Source: an uncultured Fimbriimonadaceae bacterium (GTDB taxonomy: Bacteria; Armatimonadota; UBA10988). Taken from it: a stretch of 64,000 nucleotides of DNA. The position numbers and the translations under genes are program-made. Positions 27,922 through 38,209 of this stretch are shown here, piece by piece. Location of the stretch: positions 4,888 to 68,887 of the forward strand of contig CAZHGD010000011.1 in NCBI GenBank assembly GCA_964531735.1, written 5' to 3'. A model generated the notes under the pieces. That model was not told the DNA's origin, searched no databases, and worked only from the letters and a program-made list of their open reading frames with translations. How positions within the stretch are numbered: position 1 is the stretch's first letter; every line of letters starts with the position of its first letter.

Positions 27922-28707
27922 CTACGCGCCGGGGCCGTCGGCGCCCAGGTCGTGTCGTAGCCGTTCGATGAACTCCAGCGACTTCGGCTCCACCTCCAGA
28001 TGGTGTCTGACGAAGCCGATCACCGCCTGCCGCAACGGTGCGGCCAGGGGCTCGGGGATGGCGGTGTGGGCCAGGTCCAGACCATAGCGGTCCGGATCGA
28101 GCAGGCGTCGCATCGCCTTGACCACGCGTGGCCCGACCTCGACGCCCGCCCGGCGCGGGTCCCAGCAGTCGACGTGGACCAGGCCGCCGGCCGCCGGGCA
28201 CAGGGCCGCGGTCTCGTCGGCGATGGGCTCACCGCACTGGGCGCAGTGCGAGAGCCTCGGCTCATAGCCCAGCAGCGACAGCAGGCGCAGTTCGTAGCTG
28301 TGGACCGCCGGCTCGGGCTCGGTGGCCGCGAGCAGGGCTCTGAGCGTCGCGACCAGCAGCACATAGACGCTCCCCTGTGGGGCGTCATCGGGCAGCGCGC
28401 GCGCGGTCAGGTCGCAGAGATAGGTCGTGTAGGCCGACCGCCAGACATCCTGCCGCAGCGCATGGAAACTCTCGATCAGGTCGGTCTGGCCGAGCACCGG
28501 CAGGCCACCGCGCCGGGTCACGAGCTGGAGGCGAGTCCAAGCGCCGATGGTGCAGGCCGCCAGGTTGCGCGCGCGAGGCCGCCGAATGCCTTTGGCCAGG
28601 CACGACACCTTGCCGCGGTCCGGCGTGAGGAAGGTCACCACGGCGTCGTGTTCACCGGTGTCGCTCCGGCGCAGGCAGACACCCTCAGTGACCTGGTCTG
28701 CGGCCAT
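27922..28707 (-). CDS. recO: DNA repair protein RecO
   Basis: GEHDAVVTFLTPDRGKVSCLAKGIRRP, YELRLLSLLGYEPRLSHCAQCG zinc finger. Confidence 0.92.
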   Translation of the reverse strand: MAADQVTEGVCLRRSDTGEHDAVVTFLTPDRGKVSCLAKGIRRPRARNLAACTIGAWTRLQLVTRRGGLPVLGQTDLIESFHALRQDVWRSAYTTYLCDLTARALPDDAPQGSVYVLLVATLRALLAATEPEPAVHSYELRLLSLLGYEPRLSHCAQCGEPIADETAALCPAAGGLVHVDCWDPRRAGVEVGPRVVKAMRRLLDPDRYGLDLAHTAIPEPLAAPLRQAVIGFVRHHLEVEPKSLEFIERLRHDLGADGPGA

Positions 28708-29493
28708 TCACTCCGCTTCGGTGGCCACCGTCCGGCGTCGGCGCCGGCGCCGACGGCCGCCGTTGTCGTCATCGTCGTCGGGCGCTTCCTCGACGATGCT
28801 GACCGCCGCCGAGGCGCCGATCCGGTTGGCGCCGGCGTCGAGCAGCTTGACCGCGTCGCGGAGCGTGCCGATGCCGCCGCTGGCCTTGACGCCAATCTCG
28901 CGGCCGATCACGTTGCGGATCTTGCGGATGTCGTCCAGCGTGGCGCCGCGCGGGCCGTAGCCCGAGCTCGTCTTGATGAAGTCGACACCGGCGTCGCGGC
29001 CGATCTCGCAGGCCGCGCGCAGCTCGTCGTCGGTCAGGTAGCCGGTCTCAATGGCCAGCTTGACCATGATCTCGCCGCTGCCTTCTTCGGTCAGGCGCGA
29101 GGTCGAGGCGACGTTGACCACCTCCTGGATATCCTGTCGGCAGGTCTTGTACTTGCGGGACTTGAGCGCACCGAGGTTGATCATCACGTCCAACTCGGTG
29201 GCACCGCCGGCGATCACGCCTTTGGCCTCAATCACTTTGGTGGCGATGGTGGTGGTGCCGAACGGGAAACCGATCGGGCAGCACACCTTGACGTCACTGC
29301 CGCGCAGATCGCGAGCCACCACGCGCACCCAGTAGGGCTGCACCACGACCGCCGCGAAATGGTACTGTAGCGCGGTCTGGCCAACCTCGATGAGATCCTC
29401 CAGCGCGAGATCCGGCCGCAAGACCGTGTAGTCGATCATCTTGGCCAGCATCTTGCGCGAAAACATCCAGTTCTCCAACTCCGAACTCACCAT
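28708..29493 (-). CDS. deoC: Deoxyribose-phosphate aldolase
   Basis: IDYTVL, IGFPFG, ELDVMIN, FIKTSSGY, GVKASGGI, RIGAS. Confidence 0.9.
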   Translation of the reverse strand: MVSSELENWMFSRKMLAKMIDYTVLRPDLALEDLIEVGQTALQYHFAAVVVQPYWVRVVARDLRGSDVKVCCPIGFPFGTTTIATKVIEAKGVIAGGATELDVMINLGALKSRKYKTCRQDIQEVVNVASTSRLTEEGSGEIMVKLAIETGYLTDDELRAACEIGRDAGVDFIKTSSGYGPRGATLDDIRKIRNVIGREIGVKASGGIGTLRDAVKLLDAGANRIGASAAVSIVEEAPDDDDDNGGRRRRRRRRTVATEAE

Positions 29494-29577
29494 CCACCCG
29501 ACGCCCTGGTCAGCGATACGTAGCCCGAGCCACCCAGACGACGGATCGCAACAGATTCTGGTCAGGCTGTCAAGGTC

Positions 29578-30378
29578 CTAACCGTTCGCGTTTGTCACAC
29601 CAATCTTCAGCGCCGACACCAACTCCGCGGCCACGCGCACGCGCTGGTCGGGCGGCGCGGCGGCAATCGCCGCAACGAGGGCCGAACCGACCACGGCACC
29701 GTCGGCCAGGGCCGCCACCTGCCGCACCTGCTCGGTCGTGGCGATGCCGAAGCCAACGGCCACAGGCAGGTCACTGTGCGCCCGCACCCGGGCCATGGTC
29801 TCGCGCAGGTCGTCGGGCAGCGCTTGCTGCACACCAGTGACGCCGCGACGCGAGATCAGGTACAGGAATCCCGTGGTTAACGCTGCCGCGGCCCGGATTC
29901 GTTCCGGGCTGCTGGTTGGCGCCAGGAGGTAGATGGTCGCCACGCCGGCCGCGTTCGCGACGTCCTGCCACGGACGCGCCTCTTCAGGGGGCAGATCGGT
30001 GATCAGCACCCCATCGATGCCGGCGGCCGCACTGTCGGTGGCGAACCGCTCCAGCCCATAGCGCCAGACCAGGTTGTAGGGCGTCATGTAGACCAGCGCG
30101 GCCGCCACGCGGGAGCGGACGCCGGCCACCGTCTCCATGACCGAGTGCGGGGTGGCGCCGGCGCCCAATGCCCGGTTGGCCGATTCCTGGATCACCGGTC
30201 CGTCGAGCAACGGGTCGGAGAACGGCACGCCGACCTCGATGATGTCGGCCCCGGCCTTGGCCAGAGCCGGCAGCAGGCTGGCGGTGGTGGCCAGATCGGG
30301 GTCGCCGGCGGTCAGGTAGGGCATGAGGGCCTTGTCGCCCCGAGCGCGGCAAGCCGCGAAGCGTTCGCTCAGTGTCAT
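29578..30378 (-). CDS. trpA: Tryptophan synthase alpha chain
   Basis: PYLTAGDP, IEVGVPFSDPLLDGPVIQ, LLAPTS, VGFGI. Confidence 0.96.
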   Translation of the reverse strand: MTLSERFAACRARGDKALMPYLTAGDPDLATTASLLPALAKAGADIIEVGVPFSDPLLDGPVIQESANRALGAGATPHSVMETVAGVRSRVAAALVYMTPYNLVWRYGLERFATDSAAAGIDGVLITDLPPEEARPWQDVANAAGVATIYLLAPTSSPERIRAAAALTTGFLYLISRRGVTGVQQALPDDLRETMARVRAHSDLPVAVGFGIATTEQVRQVAALADGAVVGSALVAAIAAAPPDQRVRVAAELVSALKIGVTNANG

Positions 30379-30388
30379 GCCGGTCTCC

Positions 30389-31591
30389 TCACAGCCCCAG
30401 CTCGCGCTGCAGAATGCCCATGTCCTTGTCGCCCCGTCCGCTGAGGTTGACCAGCAGGTCGCGGCCAGCCAGGTCCGGTGCCAGCTTGATGGCCTGGGCC
30501 ACGGCGTGCGCGGATTCGAGCGCCGGGATGATGCCCTCGGTCTCGGCCAACCGGCGGGTGGCGTCCAGCGCCTCGCGGTCGGTGACGGCGGTGTAGCGGG
30601 CCTGCCCGCTGTCCTTCAGGTAGCTGTGTTCGGGACCGACGCCGGGGTAGTCCAGGCCGGCGGAGACCGAGTGCGCTTCGATGATCTGACCAGCGGCATC
30701 GTCGAGCAGATAGCTGCGCGAGCCGTGCAGCACACCCGGGCTGCCCTTGGTCAGCGTAGCGGCGTGCAGGCCGCTATCGAGGCCGCAGCCGGCCGCTTCG
30801 ACGCCGACCAGTTCCACGCCGGACGCCACGTCTCCCAGGAACGGGTAGAACATGCCGGCGGCGTTGCTGCCGCCGCCGACACAGGCGATGACCATATCGG
30901 GCAGCTTGCCGGCGCGCTCGAGCATCTGGGCGCGGGCCTCATCACCAATCACGCGCTGGAAGTCGCGCACCAGCCAGGGGAAGGGGTGCGGTCCGGCGAC
31001 GGTGCCGAAGACGTAGTGCGTTGTCTCGACGTTGGTGATCCAATCGCGGAAGGCCTCGTTGATGGCGTCCTTCAGCGTCTGACTGCCCGTCGTCACCGGG
31101 ACCACTTCGGCGCCCAGCAGGCGCATGCGCAACACGTTGAGGGCCTGGCGCTCAACGTCGACCGCGCCCATGTAGACCACGCACGGCAGCCCGAACAGGG
31201 CCGCGGCCGTGGCCGTGGCCACGCCGTGTTGCCCGGCGCCGGTCTCCGCGATGACCCGCTGCTTACCGATGCGGACGGTCAACAAGAGCTGGCCGAGCGT
31301 GTTGTTGATCTTGTGCGCCCCGGTGTGGCAGAGATCCTCGCGCTTGAGCCAGATGCGGGCCCCGCCGAGCTGCTCGGTCAGGCGGCGAGCGTAGTAGAGC
31401 GGGGTGGGGCGCCCGACCACGTCGCGCAACAGCGCGGCCAGCTCGACCTGGAAGGCCGGATCGTCCTTGACCGCGGCATACTCGGCGGCCAGCCGATCCA
31501 GGGTCGCCATCATGGTTTCCGGCACGAACCGGCCACCAAACTCGCCGAAGTGGCCCAGCTCGTCGGGCCACTGCTGCCGGTCTTGGCTCAT
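30389..31591 (-). CDS. trpB: Tryptophan synthase beta chain
   Basis: [52 protein letters not shown]. Confidence 0.97.
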   Translation of the reverse strand: MSQDRQQWPDELGHFGEFGGRFVPETMMATLDRLAAEYAAVKDDPAFQVELAALLRDVVGRPTPLYYARRLTEQLGGARIWLKREDLCHTGAHKINNTLGQLLLTVRIGKQRVIAETGAGQHGVATATAAALFGLPCVVYMGAVDVERQALNVLRMRLLGAEVVPVTTGSQTLKDAINEAFRDWITNVETTHYVFGTVAGPHPFPWLVRDFQRVIGDEARAQMLERAGKLPDMVIACVGGGSNAAGMFYPFLGDVASGVELVGVEAAGCGLDSGLHAATLTKGSPGVLHGSRSYLLDDAAGQIIEAHSVSAGLDYPGVGPEHSYLKDSGQARYTAVTDREALDATRRLAETEGIIPALESAHAVAQAIKLAPDLAGRDLLVNLSGRGDKDMGILQRELGL

Positions 31592-32223
31592 CACTCCGCT
31601 CTCCTCACCGCTGCTACGAACTCCGCCATCCGTGTTGCGTCCTTGACGCCAGGGGCGCTCTCCACACCGCTGGCGACGTCGACTGCCCAGGGCCGGACCA
31701 TCTTCACCGCGGCGCCGACGTTGTTGGGCGTCAGGCCGCCGGCCAGCACCACCGGCAGGTCGCCCAGCGCCTCACGGACCGTTGCCGCCACCGACCAGTC
31801 GGCCGTTTGTCCGGTCCCGCCGTGCTGCCCCGGCACGGCCGCATCGAGCAGCACCGCGGACAGCCAGGGGCGCAACGGCGCCAGCCGCGCCGCCGCCTCG
31901 GCCGTGGCCGGCACGCTACAGACGATCTGGTAACCGGGCAGCTCGCGACACAGCTCGGGTGTCACCTCGCCGTAGAGCTGTACGCATCGTACACCCAACG
32001 GCGCGGTGACCTGCCGGACAAGCGCGGCCGACGCATGGACGAACAGCGCCACCGGCGTGACCCAGAGCGGCACGGCGGCCACCAGCTCAGCCGCTTGGTC
32101 GGGCTCCAGGTAACGCGGGCTCGCCGGATGGAAGTTGAGCCCCAGCGCATCAGCGCCGGCGGTCGCGGCCGCGCGCACCGCCTCGACGGTGCGCACGCCG
32201 CAGATCTTGACCCTCGTCCTCAC
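31591..32223 (-). CDS. trpF: Phosphoribosylanthranilate isomerase
   Basis: [37 protein letters not shown]. Confidence 0.95.
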   Translation of the reverse strand: MRTRVKICGVRTVEAVRAAATAGADALGLNFHPASPRYLEPDQAAELVAAVPLWVTPVALFVHASAALVRQVTAPLGVRCVQLYGEVTPELCRELPGYQIVCSVPATAEAAARLAPLRPWLSAVLLDAAVPGQHGGTGQTADWSVAATVREALGDLPVVLAGGLTPNNVGAAVKMVRPWAVDVASGVESAPGVKDATRMAEFVAAVRRAE

Positions 32224-33026
32224 GACTCACCTGCCCGCCCGGCATCCACCAACTCGCGCGCCTTCCGTTCGATGTCCGCCTCGCGCATGATCGCCTCGCC
32301 GACCAGCATGGCGTCCACGCGGTCGGCCTTGAGCCGCGCCACGTCGGCCGGCGTGCGAATGCCGCTCTCGCTGACCACGACGCACTCGTTGCCGACCAGG
32401 GGCCGCAGTTGGTGGGTCGTCGCCAAGTCGGTTCGGAACACCGTCAGGTCGCGGTTGTTGATGCCAATCAGCCGCGGCCGGGTGGCCAGGGCCACGGCCA
32501 TCTCGTCGGCGGTGTGCACTTCGACGAGGGTCGCCAGGCCCAGCGCCTCAGCTTCGGCGGCCAGGTCGACCAGTTGCGCCTCGCTGAGAATGGCCACAAT
32601 CAGCAAGGCACAGTCGGCGCCCCACGCTCGCGCTTCGAGGAGTTGGTACCGGTCGATGACGAAATCCTTACGCAGCAGGGGCAGATCCACCGCTGCGCGG
32701 ATGTCGCGCAGGTACTGCGGCGAGCCCTGGAACCACTGCGCGTCGGTCAGCACCGAGAGACATGCGGCGCCGGCCCGCTGGTAGGCACGGGCGGTGGCCA
32801 GGTGGTCGAAGTCGGCCCGAATGACTCCGGCCGACGGGCTGGCATGCTTGACTTCGGCGACCAGACGGACCTCGCCTGGGCGGCGCAACGCACCGGCGAA
32901 GTCACGCGTCGGCGGCAGATCGGCAATGGCGGCGCGCAGTTCGGCCGCCGGGGTGTGGGCGACTGCGGCGCTCAGCTCCTCGTGTTTGGACGCGACAATA
33001 CGACTGAGGATATCGGTGGCGGACAT
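32220..33026 (-). CDS. trpC: Indole-3-glycerol phosphate synthase
   Basis: VAEVKHASPSAG, LSVLTD, LRKDF, IGINNRDL, VSESGI. Start placed at MSATDIL. Confidence 0.96.
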   Translation of the reverse strand: MSATDILSRIVASKHEELSAAVAHTPAAELRAAIADLPPTRDFAGALRRPGEVRLVAEVKHASPSAGVIRADFDHLATARAYQRAGAACLSVLTDAQWFQGSPQYLRDIRAAVDLPLLRKDFVIDRYQLLEARAWGADCALLIVAILSEAQLVDLAAEAEALGLATLVEVHTADEMAVALATRPRLIGINNRDLTVFRTDLATTHQLRPLVGNECVVVSESGIRTPADVARLKADRVDAMLVGEAIMREADIERKARELVDAGRAGES

Positions 33027-33066
33027 TGGCGGACTCGTCAACTCGGGTGGTGCGGCCGGCGCGCGA

Positions 33067-34164
33067 TCACAGCTTCCACTTGAAGCACCACATCTCACAG
33101 AGGCGCAGAAGGCCCAACAACAGGTACAGCCCACAGAGGATGGCGAACATCTGCGTGGCGGTTTCCATACCGAAGACCGAGGCGATCTCCTCGGGTGTCT
33201 GGCTGACCTTTTGGAACGCCAGGCGGGCCCAGAGGCCGGTGACCCAACTCTGCAAGCCCAGCCAGATCGGGCGGATGAACGGCTCGTAGGCGAAGAACGT
33301 GATGGCGGCCGCCGTCGGGTAGCAGAGCGGCGACATGACCTCGTGCTTGAGCTTCTCGTGCTCCTGATAGATGAAGCACTTGCCGCACGGCGGTCGGGTA
33401 CGTCGCTGCTTGGCGATGCCGGTGCGCGCGCCGATCTCGCTCTCCATATAGGCGGCGTCGGACCGGCGCGGGCCGCGGGTGACGCCCGTCAGCATGGCCT
33501 CAATCATCTGCTGGTCGCAGAAACAGCCGCCACCGAACTTCCAGCAGCGGCTGCGGGCCTTGAACGCCGGGCACATCTGGACCAGATAGTCGCGGCAATA
33601 GGGCAGGTGCCAGCACGGGCTGAGCACGGTGGGCCGTAGCGACGGCTTGGCCTCTTTCGGCGGCTCGCGGCGGAGCTTGGCTTTGGCGACCTCGGTCTCC
33701 TGCTTGACCTTCAGCGGGCTCGACCGCACCGAGCGGTAGAGGTAGCGCAGCAGCGGTACCACCAGCGACAGCAGCATGTAGCGGCCGGTGTCGGCAAAGG
33801 CCTGGATGGCGATGATCAGTGGCGGCGCGAGCTTCTCGCCGGACGGCTGCTGGTAGCCGACCAGCGCCGGAAAGCCGAACCACAGCAGCAGTGCCAGGGC
33901 GACGACGCCGCCACCCCATTCGGCCTGGTGCTCGCGCGAGCGCACGTTGACGATGAAGGCGACGCCGACGGCCGCGATCATCAGGTAACCGGTGACCCCG
34001 CGGAAGGTCTCGGTCAGGCGCTCGATCTCGGAGGCCGGCGCTTTGAAGATGGCGCCGGTGATGACACCACCCACGATGTAGACCAGCACCGCTCCGACGA
34101 CCAGCAGACCCAGCCAGGTGGCCCAGTCGAGCACCGTCTCGCCGAGGCTGCCCAGGTGGGTCAC
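33067..34164 (-). CDS. Membrane protein with a cytoplasmic 8-Cys (two-CW-like) motif
   Basis: About 5 N-terminal and 2 C-terminal TM segments flank CW-x4-C..CPA..CW..C-x-C..CxxCxxY. AAAGGA RBS before GTG 34164; alternative starts at 34224-34233. Confidence 0.75.
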   Translation of the reverse strand: MTHLGSLGETVLDWATWLGLLVVGAVLVYIVGGVITGAIFKAPASEIERLTETFRGVTGYLMIAAVGVAFIVNVRSREHQAEWGGGVVALALLLWFGFPALVGYQQPSGEKLAPPLIIAIQAFADTGRYMLLSLVVPLLRYLYRSVRSSPLKVKQETEVAKAKLRREPPKEAKPSLRPTVLSPCWHLPYCRDYLVQMCPAFKARSRCWKFGGGCFCDQQMIEAMLTGVTRGPRRSDAAYMESEIGARTGIAKQRRTRPPCGKCFIYQEHEKLKHEVMSPLCYPTAAAITFFAYEPFIRPIWLGLQSWVTGLWARLAFQKVSQTPEEIASVFGMETATQMFAILCGLYLLLGLLRLCEMWCFKWKL

Positions 34165-34231
34165 GAAGTCCTTTCTGGCTCCAGCGTTGCGCACTACCGT
34201 GGTCTCCCGTGACCGCCCCGTCACCATCCGC

Positions 34232-34261
34232 ATTGTAGTGAGGTGCCAGGATCACTGTCAA
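34232..34261 (-). promoter_or_regulatory. Near-consensus promoter TTGACA-N18-TACAAT upstream of the Cys-rich gene/trp operon
   Basis: Plus strand tgtcaa at 34256-34261 and attgta at 34232-34237. Confidence 0.7.
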
Positions 34262-34377
34262 CGCGCCATCGCTGGCGCCGGCGGCCGCCACGGCACCTTG
34301 CCACCGGAACCCATGGCGGCTATGCTGCCGCACGGCCGGGCGCGGGTGGTCCCGCGGCCGCCAGGGAGCCGCAGCGG

Positions 34378-35235
34378 ATGAGCGACACTGACCGACACGC
34401 GACCGACCGGGCTGGGCGCAGCGACACCTTGCCGCTGGCGGTCTCCTTCCACACGGTCGATCCCGACCAGCGCCTCGACAGCATTGGCCTGCTGGCCGGC
34501 TCGCCGGTGACGGCGGTGGAACTGTGGGAGCCCACGTTCGCCAAGGACGAGGGCTTCGTGACGCAGGCCCGCGAGGCCTTCGCCGCCGCCGCAGTAGCGC
34601 CGCGCACGGTTCACGCCGCGTTCGGTGGTCAGTACGACCTGTCGTCGCCCGACCGCACCATCCGCGAGGCGGGCCTGGCCCAGGTGCAGGTCGCCACCGA
34701 TCTGGCCGCGCGCATGGGTGCCGACTATGTGGTGGTGCATCCGAGTTGTGAGCCGATTGGTGACGACGAACGAGCCGCCCGGTTGCGCAACTCGCGGGAC
34801 AGCCTGCGCCAGATTGCGGCGGCGGCCGGCGACGTCGGACGGGCGATCGCGGTCGAGTTGCTGCCGCGGACCTGTCTCGGCCGGTCCGGCGACGAGCTGC
34901 TCGACCTGGTCGGCGACCTGGATCCGGCGGTCGCGGGCATCTGTCTGGACACCAACCACCTGATGGCCGACTACGCGTCGCTGCCCGCCGTGGTGCGGCA
35001 GATCGGCAGCCGCCTGGTGGCACTGCACTGCTCCGACTACGACGGTGTCGATGAGAAGCACTGGCCGCCGCTGCAAGGCGTGATCGACTGGGCGGCGTTC
35101 CATGCGGCCCTGCTCGCGGTCGGCTTCGCCGGTCCGCTGAACCACGAAGCCCGGCTGGAAGGCGAGACGCCGGCCGAGCGGCTGGCCTTCCTGGAAGGCA
35201 ACTGGGCGAAGCTGCAGGCGGCGCTGACGGCCTGA
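34378..35235 (+). CDS. Sugar phosphate isomerase/epimerase (xylose-isomerase-like TIM barrel)
   Basis: VVVHP, IAVELLP, ICLDTNH, LHCSDYDG..HWPPLQGVIDW. Confidence 0.85.
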   Translation: MSDTDRHATDRAGRSDTLPLAVSFHTVDPDQRLDSIGLLAGSPVTAVELWEPTFAKDEGFVTQAREAFAAAAVAPRTVHAAFGGQYDLSSPDRTIREAGLAQVQVATDLAARMGADYVVVHPSCEPIGDDERAARLRNSRDSLRQIAAAAGDVGRAIAVELLPRTCLGRSGDELLDLVGDLDPAVAGICLDTNHLMADYASLPAVVRQIGSRLVALHCSDYDGVDEKHWPPLQGVIDWAAFHAALLAVGFAGPLNHEARLEGETPAERLAFLEGNWAKLQAALTA

Positions 35236-35315
35236 CGCCCGGCGGTTCGCTCCTGGCGTTGGTGCGCGCGAATGCCCTACAATGCGGCCAGCGACGTCGG
35301 CCGTGAGGACTGGGC

Positions 35316-36974
35316 ATGAGCCAAGCGCGGCGTTGGCGGTCTGGCGGCGATGGGTGGCGTGCGCAGGTGCTCGGGGCGTTGGCGCCAACGGCGCTCGCCG
35401 CGCTGGCGCTGCTCCACGCCGCGGTGCGCCGGTTCGTGCAGGATGACGCCTTCATCTCGTTCCGCTACGCCGAGAACTGGCTGGCCGGGCACGGGCTGGT
35501 GTTCAACCTGGGCGAGCCGGTCGAGGGTTACACGAACTTCCTCTGGGTGCTGCTGATCGCGGCGGGCTTGCGGCTCGGCTGCGAGGTGGTGGCCTGGAGC
35601 CAGGCGCTTGGCCTGGTCTGTGGTGCGGTGACGCTGGCGGCCACCTGGCGTTTGGCCCGCACCATCCTGCCGGGGCGCCCCGCCGCGCTGCTGGCGCTGG
35701 CCTTGCTGGGCACCAACAGCAGCTTTGCCAGCTACGTGACCGGCGGCCTCGAGACGCAGTTGCAGGCGGCGCTGTTCACCGTTCTGGTGGCTGTGCTGCT
35801 GGCCCACCGAGGCGAGCCGGAGTGGTCGGCCGGCCGGCTGCTGCTGCTGTCGTTGCTGGGCGCCACGGCGCTGATGACGCGCCCCGACTCAGCGCTGTTG
35901 GTGGCCGCCGTGTGCGGCTGGGTGCTCTGGCAGGGCCCGCGACGTCGGCGCCTGGTGGCTTGGCTGCTGCTCCCCGGTGGCTTGCTGGTGGTGCCCTGGC
36001 TGGCCTGGAAACTCAGCTTCTACGGGCACCTGCTGCCCAACACGTTCTATGCCAAGACGCCCGGCTGGTTCCCGCTACTGCTCGGCGGCGTGTTCGTCTA
36101 CAGCTTCTTCCAGGTCTACAACCTGTGGCCGGTGCTCTTGCTGGGGCCACTGGGCGTGCGCCACTGGCGGCGCGAGGAACACCAGCCGGTCGCGCTGTTG
36201 AGTGGCTTCCTGCTGTTGTGGCTGGTCTATCTGGTCTGCGTCGGCGGCGACTTCATGGAGTACCGGTTCCTGGTGCCGGTGCTGCCGATGCTGTTCGTGG
36301 TCTATGTGTGGCAGGGCTGCCACCTGGTCCAGCAGCCGGCGGTTCGCGTGCTGCTCGTGCTGCTGACGGCGACGGGGCTGGTCTTCCACCAGGCCTTCTT
36401 CAACACGGGCCGCGCCATCTTCCCGGGCGTGGACGCGTGCCCGTTGCTGGCCGAGACGGTTGACCGCGCCGAGGCGAGTTGGAGCACGATCGGCCAGGCC
36501 TTGGGACGGCAGTTCCCGACGGACAGCGGTGTACGCATCGCGGTGATGGCCGCCGGCGCCGTGCCGTACTACTCACGCCTCGAGACCGTGGACATGCTCG
36601 GGCTCAACGACGCCTGGGTGGCGCGCCATGGTCTCCGGTTGCGCCGCAAGGCGGGGCACCAGCGCGTGGCGCCGGTGCGCTACCTGGTCGAACGGCAGGT
36701 CCACCTGGTGGTCGGCCAGCCCTGGCCGCGGCGTGCGGGTGGGCCGCCTTGCGAGGCGTACCCCATCGGCGAGTTCGACCGGCTCTTCGGCCGGGTGCCG
36801 GGCCTGCGCGCCGAACTGCCGCTCACCGCGCGCGCCGTCGAGATACCGTTGCCGGCAGGGCACTACCTGATCGCGGTGTACCTGACACCGAGCGCGGCGG
36901 TGGACCGCGCGGCCGCGGCGAACGGCTGGCGCCTGGTGCCGATCACGCGGGGTGGCCCGGCGGGGTCAAGTTGA
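35316..36974 (+). CDS. GT-C-type integral membrane glycosyltransferase
   Basis: DDAFISFRYAEN..GHGLVFN..VEGYTNFLW, RPD, PNTFYAK, DMLGLND; many TM segments. Confidence 0.75.
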   Translation: MSQARRWRSGGDGWRAQVLGALAPTALAALALLHAAVRRFVQDDAFISFRYAENWLAGHGLVFNLGEPVEGYTNFLWVLLIAAGLRLGCEVVAWSQALGLVCGAVTLAATWRLARTILPGRPAALLALALLGTNSSFASYVTGGLETQLQAALFTVLVAVLLAHRGEPEWSAGRLLLLSLLGATALMTRPDSALLVAAVCGWVLWQGPRRRRLVAWLLLPGGLLVVPWLAWKLSFYGHLLPNTFYAKTPGWFPLLLGGVFVYSFFQVYNLWPVLLLGPLGVRHWRREEHQPVALLSGFLLLWLVYLVCVGGDFMEYRFLVPVLPMLFVVYVWQGCHLVQQPAVRVLLVLLTATGLVFHQAFFNTGRAIFPGVDACPLLAETVDRAEASWSTIGQALGRQFPTDSGVRIAVMAAGAVPYYSRLETVDMLGLNDAWVARHGLRLRRKAGHQRVAPVRYLVERQVHLVVGQPWPRRAGGPPCEAYPIGEFDRLFGRVPGLRAELPLTARAVEIPLPAGHYLIAVYLTPSAAVDRAAAANGWRLVPITRGGPAGSS

Positions 36975-36999
36975 CGATGGGCCGGCGTTGTGCTAGAGT
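36971..36999 (+). promoter_or_regulatory. TTGACG-N17-TAGAGT promoter with TG extension
   Basis: Canonical spacing, 39 nt before ATG 37039. Confidence 0.7.
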
Positions 37000-37038
37000 G
37001 CGCCCGTCTCGGTCGCGATCACATTTGGGAGACATTCG

Positions 37039-38112
37039 ATGCGTCTTCGACGGTGGTGCCTGGGCTTGGCCCTGCTGACCCTGGTTCCGATGAACGGTTG
37101 TGCCAGGCTGAACGAATGGCTCGAAGGCACCGTCGGCGAGGAGAAGAAGAAGGAAGGGCCGACCCCGGAAGAGGAGCTGGCCAACCAGCAGACGGCGTTG
37201 GCCGATCCGACCAAGCCGGCCGACCGTAAGGCGGCCATCGGCAAGCTGATGGGCCTGAAGCGCCCCGACGCCCTTGATGTGGTCATCAAGACGCTCGGTG
37301 ACAGCGACCCCGCGGTCAACCTCGAAGTGCTGAGCCATCTGCAGTCGGCCACCGGCTTCGCTGAGAAGACCGAGGACGAGCGCCAGCTCGATCCCGAAGG
37401 CTACAAGAAGCAGCTCGACTTCAAGACCAAGATTCTCACCGACGCGGTCGACAAACTGGCCGGCATGGTGGAGGGCCGCGACCGCGATGCGGCCTACAGC
37501 GCGCTGGTCGTCCTGTACAACTTCACTCGCCCGCCGGTGGTGCCCGCCGATGCCAAGACGACGGTGGGGCAGAAGGCCGCGGGCGTGCTGACGCTGGCGT
37601 TGGACCGCACGGCCGACGAGGACGCGCGGGTGCTGGCGATGGAGACCTTGACCGCGCTCGGCGCCGGCCAACAGGTGGCGCAGTTGGTGGCCTTGCTGGA
37701 CGAGCCGAGTGAAGTGGTCCGCTCGCAGGCGATCTGGTCGCTGGGTGCGGCGGCCGGCTCGCTGGGCGAGGCGGGCAAAGCCGCCGCCGACAAACTGGCG
37801 ATCATGGCGTCTGACGCCACCGCAACCGACGGGCTTCGCTGGCGCGCGCTGCTGGCGCTGGCCCGGCTGAGCAGTGCGCAGACCGCGCCGGCCGACCGCA
37901 AGTTCGAAGTCAAGGTTGACGAATCCACCAAGGGCGACCTCTCCGCCAGCGAGAAGATCTCGGGCATGGAGACCTACCGCACGTTCGCGCTGGCGAACTG
38001 CACGTCGCCCGAAGCGGCGCAGAAGCTGGCCGCCGAGAACGCCGACCTCCACAAGATCGCCGCGGCCGCCGAGGAAGAACTGGCCGCCGAGCGCAAGAAG
38101 GGCTACCGCTAG
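37039..38112 (+). CDS. HEAT-repeat lipoprotein
   Basis: Lipobox MNGC; helical repeats (RKAAIGKL, VRSQAIWSLG, LRWRALLALARL). Confidence 0.7.
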   Translation: MRLRRWCLGLALLTLVPMNGCARLNEWLEGTVGEEKKKEGPTPEEELANQQTALADPTKPADRKAAIGKLMGLKRPDALDVVIKTLGDSDPAVNLEVLSHLQSATGFAEKTEDERQLDPEGYKKQLDFKTKILTDAVDKLAGMVEGRDRDAAYSALVVLYNFTRPPVVPADAKTTVGQKAAGVLTLALDRTADEDARVLAMETLTALGAGQQVAQLVALLDEPSEVVRSQAIWSLGAAAGSLGEAGKAAADKLAIMASDATATDGLRWRALLALARLSSAQTAPADRKFEVKVDESTKGDLSASEKISGMETYRTFALANCTSPEAAQKLAAENADLHKIAAAAEEELAAERKKGYR

Positions 38113-38209
38113 TCGTCGGTCGGCGTTCGGGTGTTGATCGGTCGGGTGGCTGCTCCGCGGTCGCCTCGGCACGAACGGCCCTGTCGCCTGTGTGCCGAGC
38201 GCCCGGCCT

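Noticed and set aside
29545-29573. Internal TTGACA before deoC
   Set aside because: No convincing -10 at 16-18 nt spacing.
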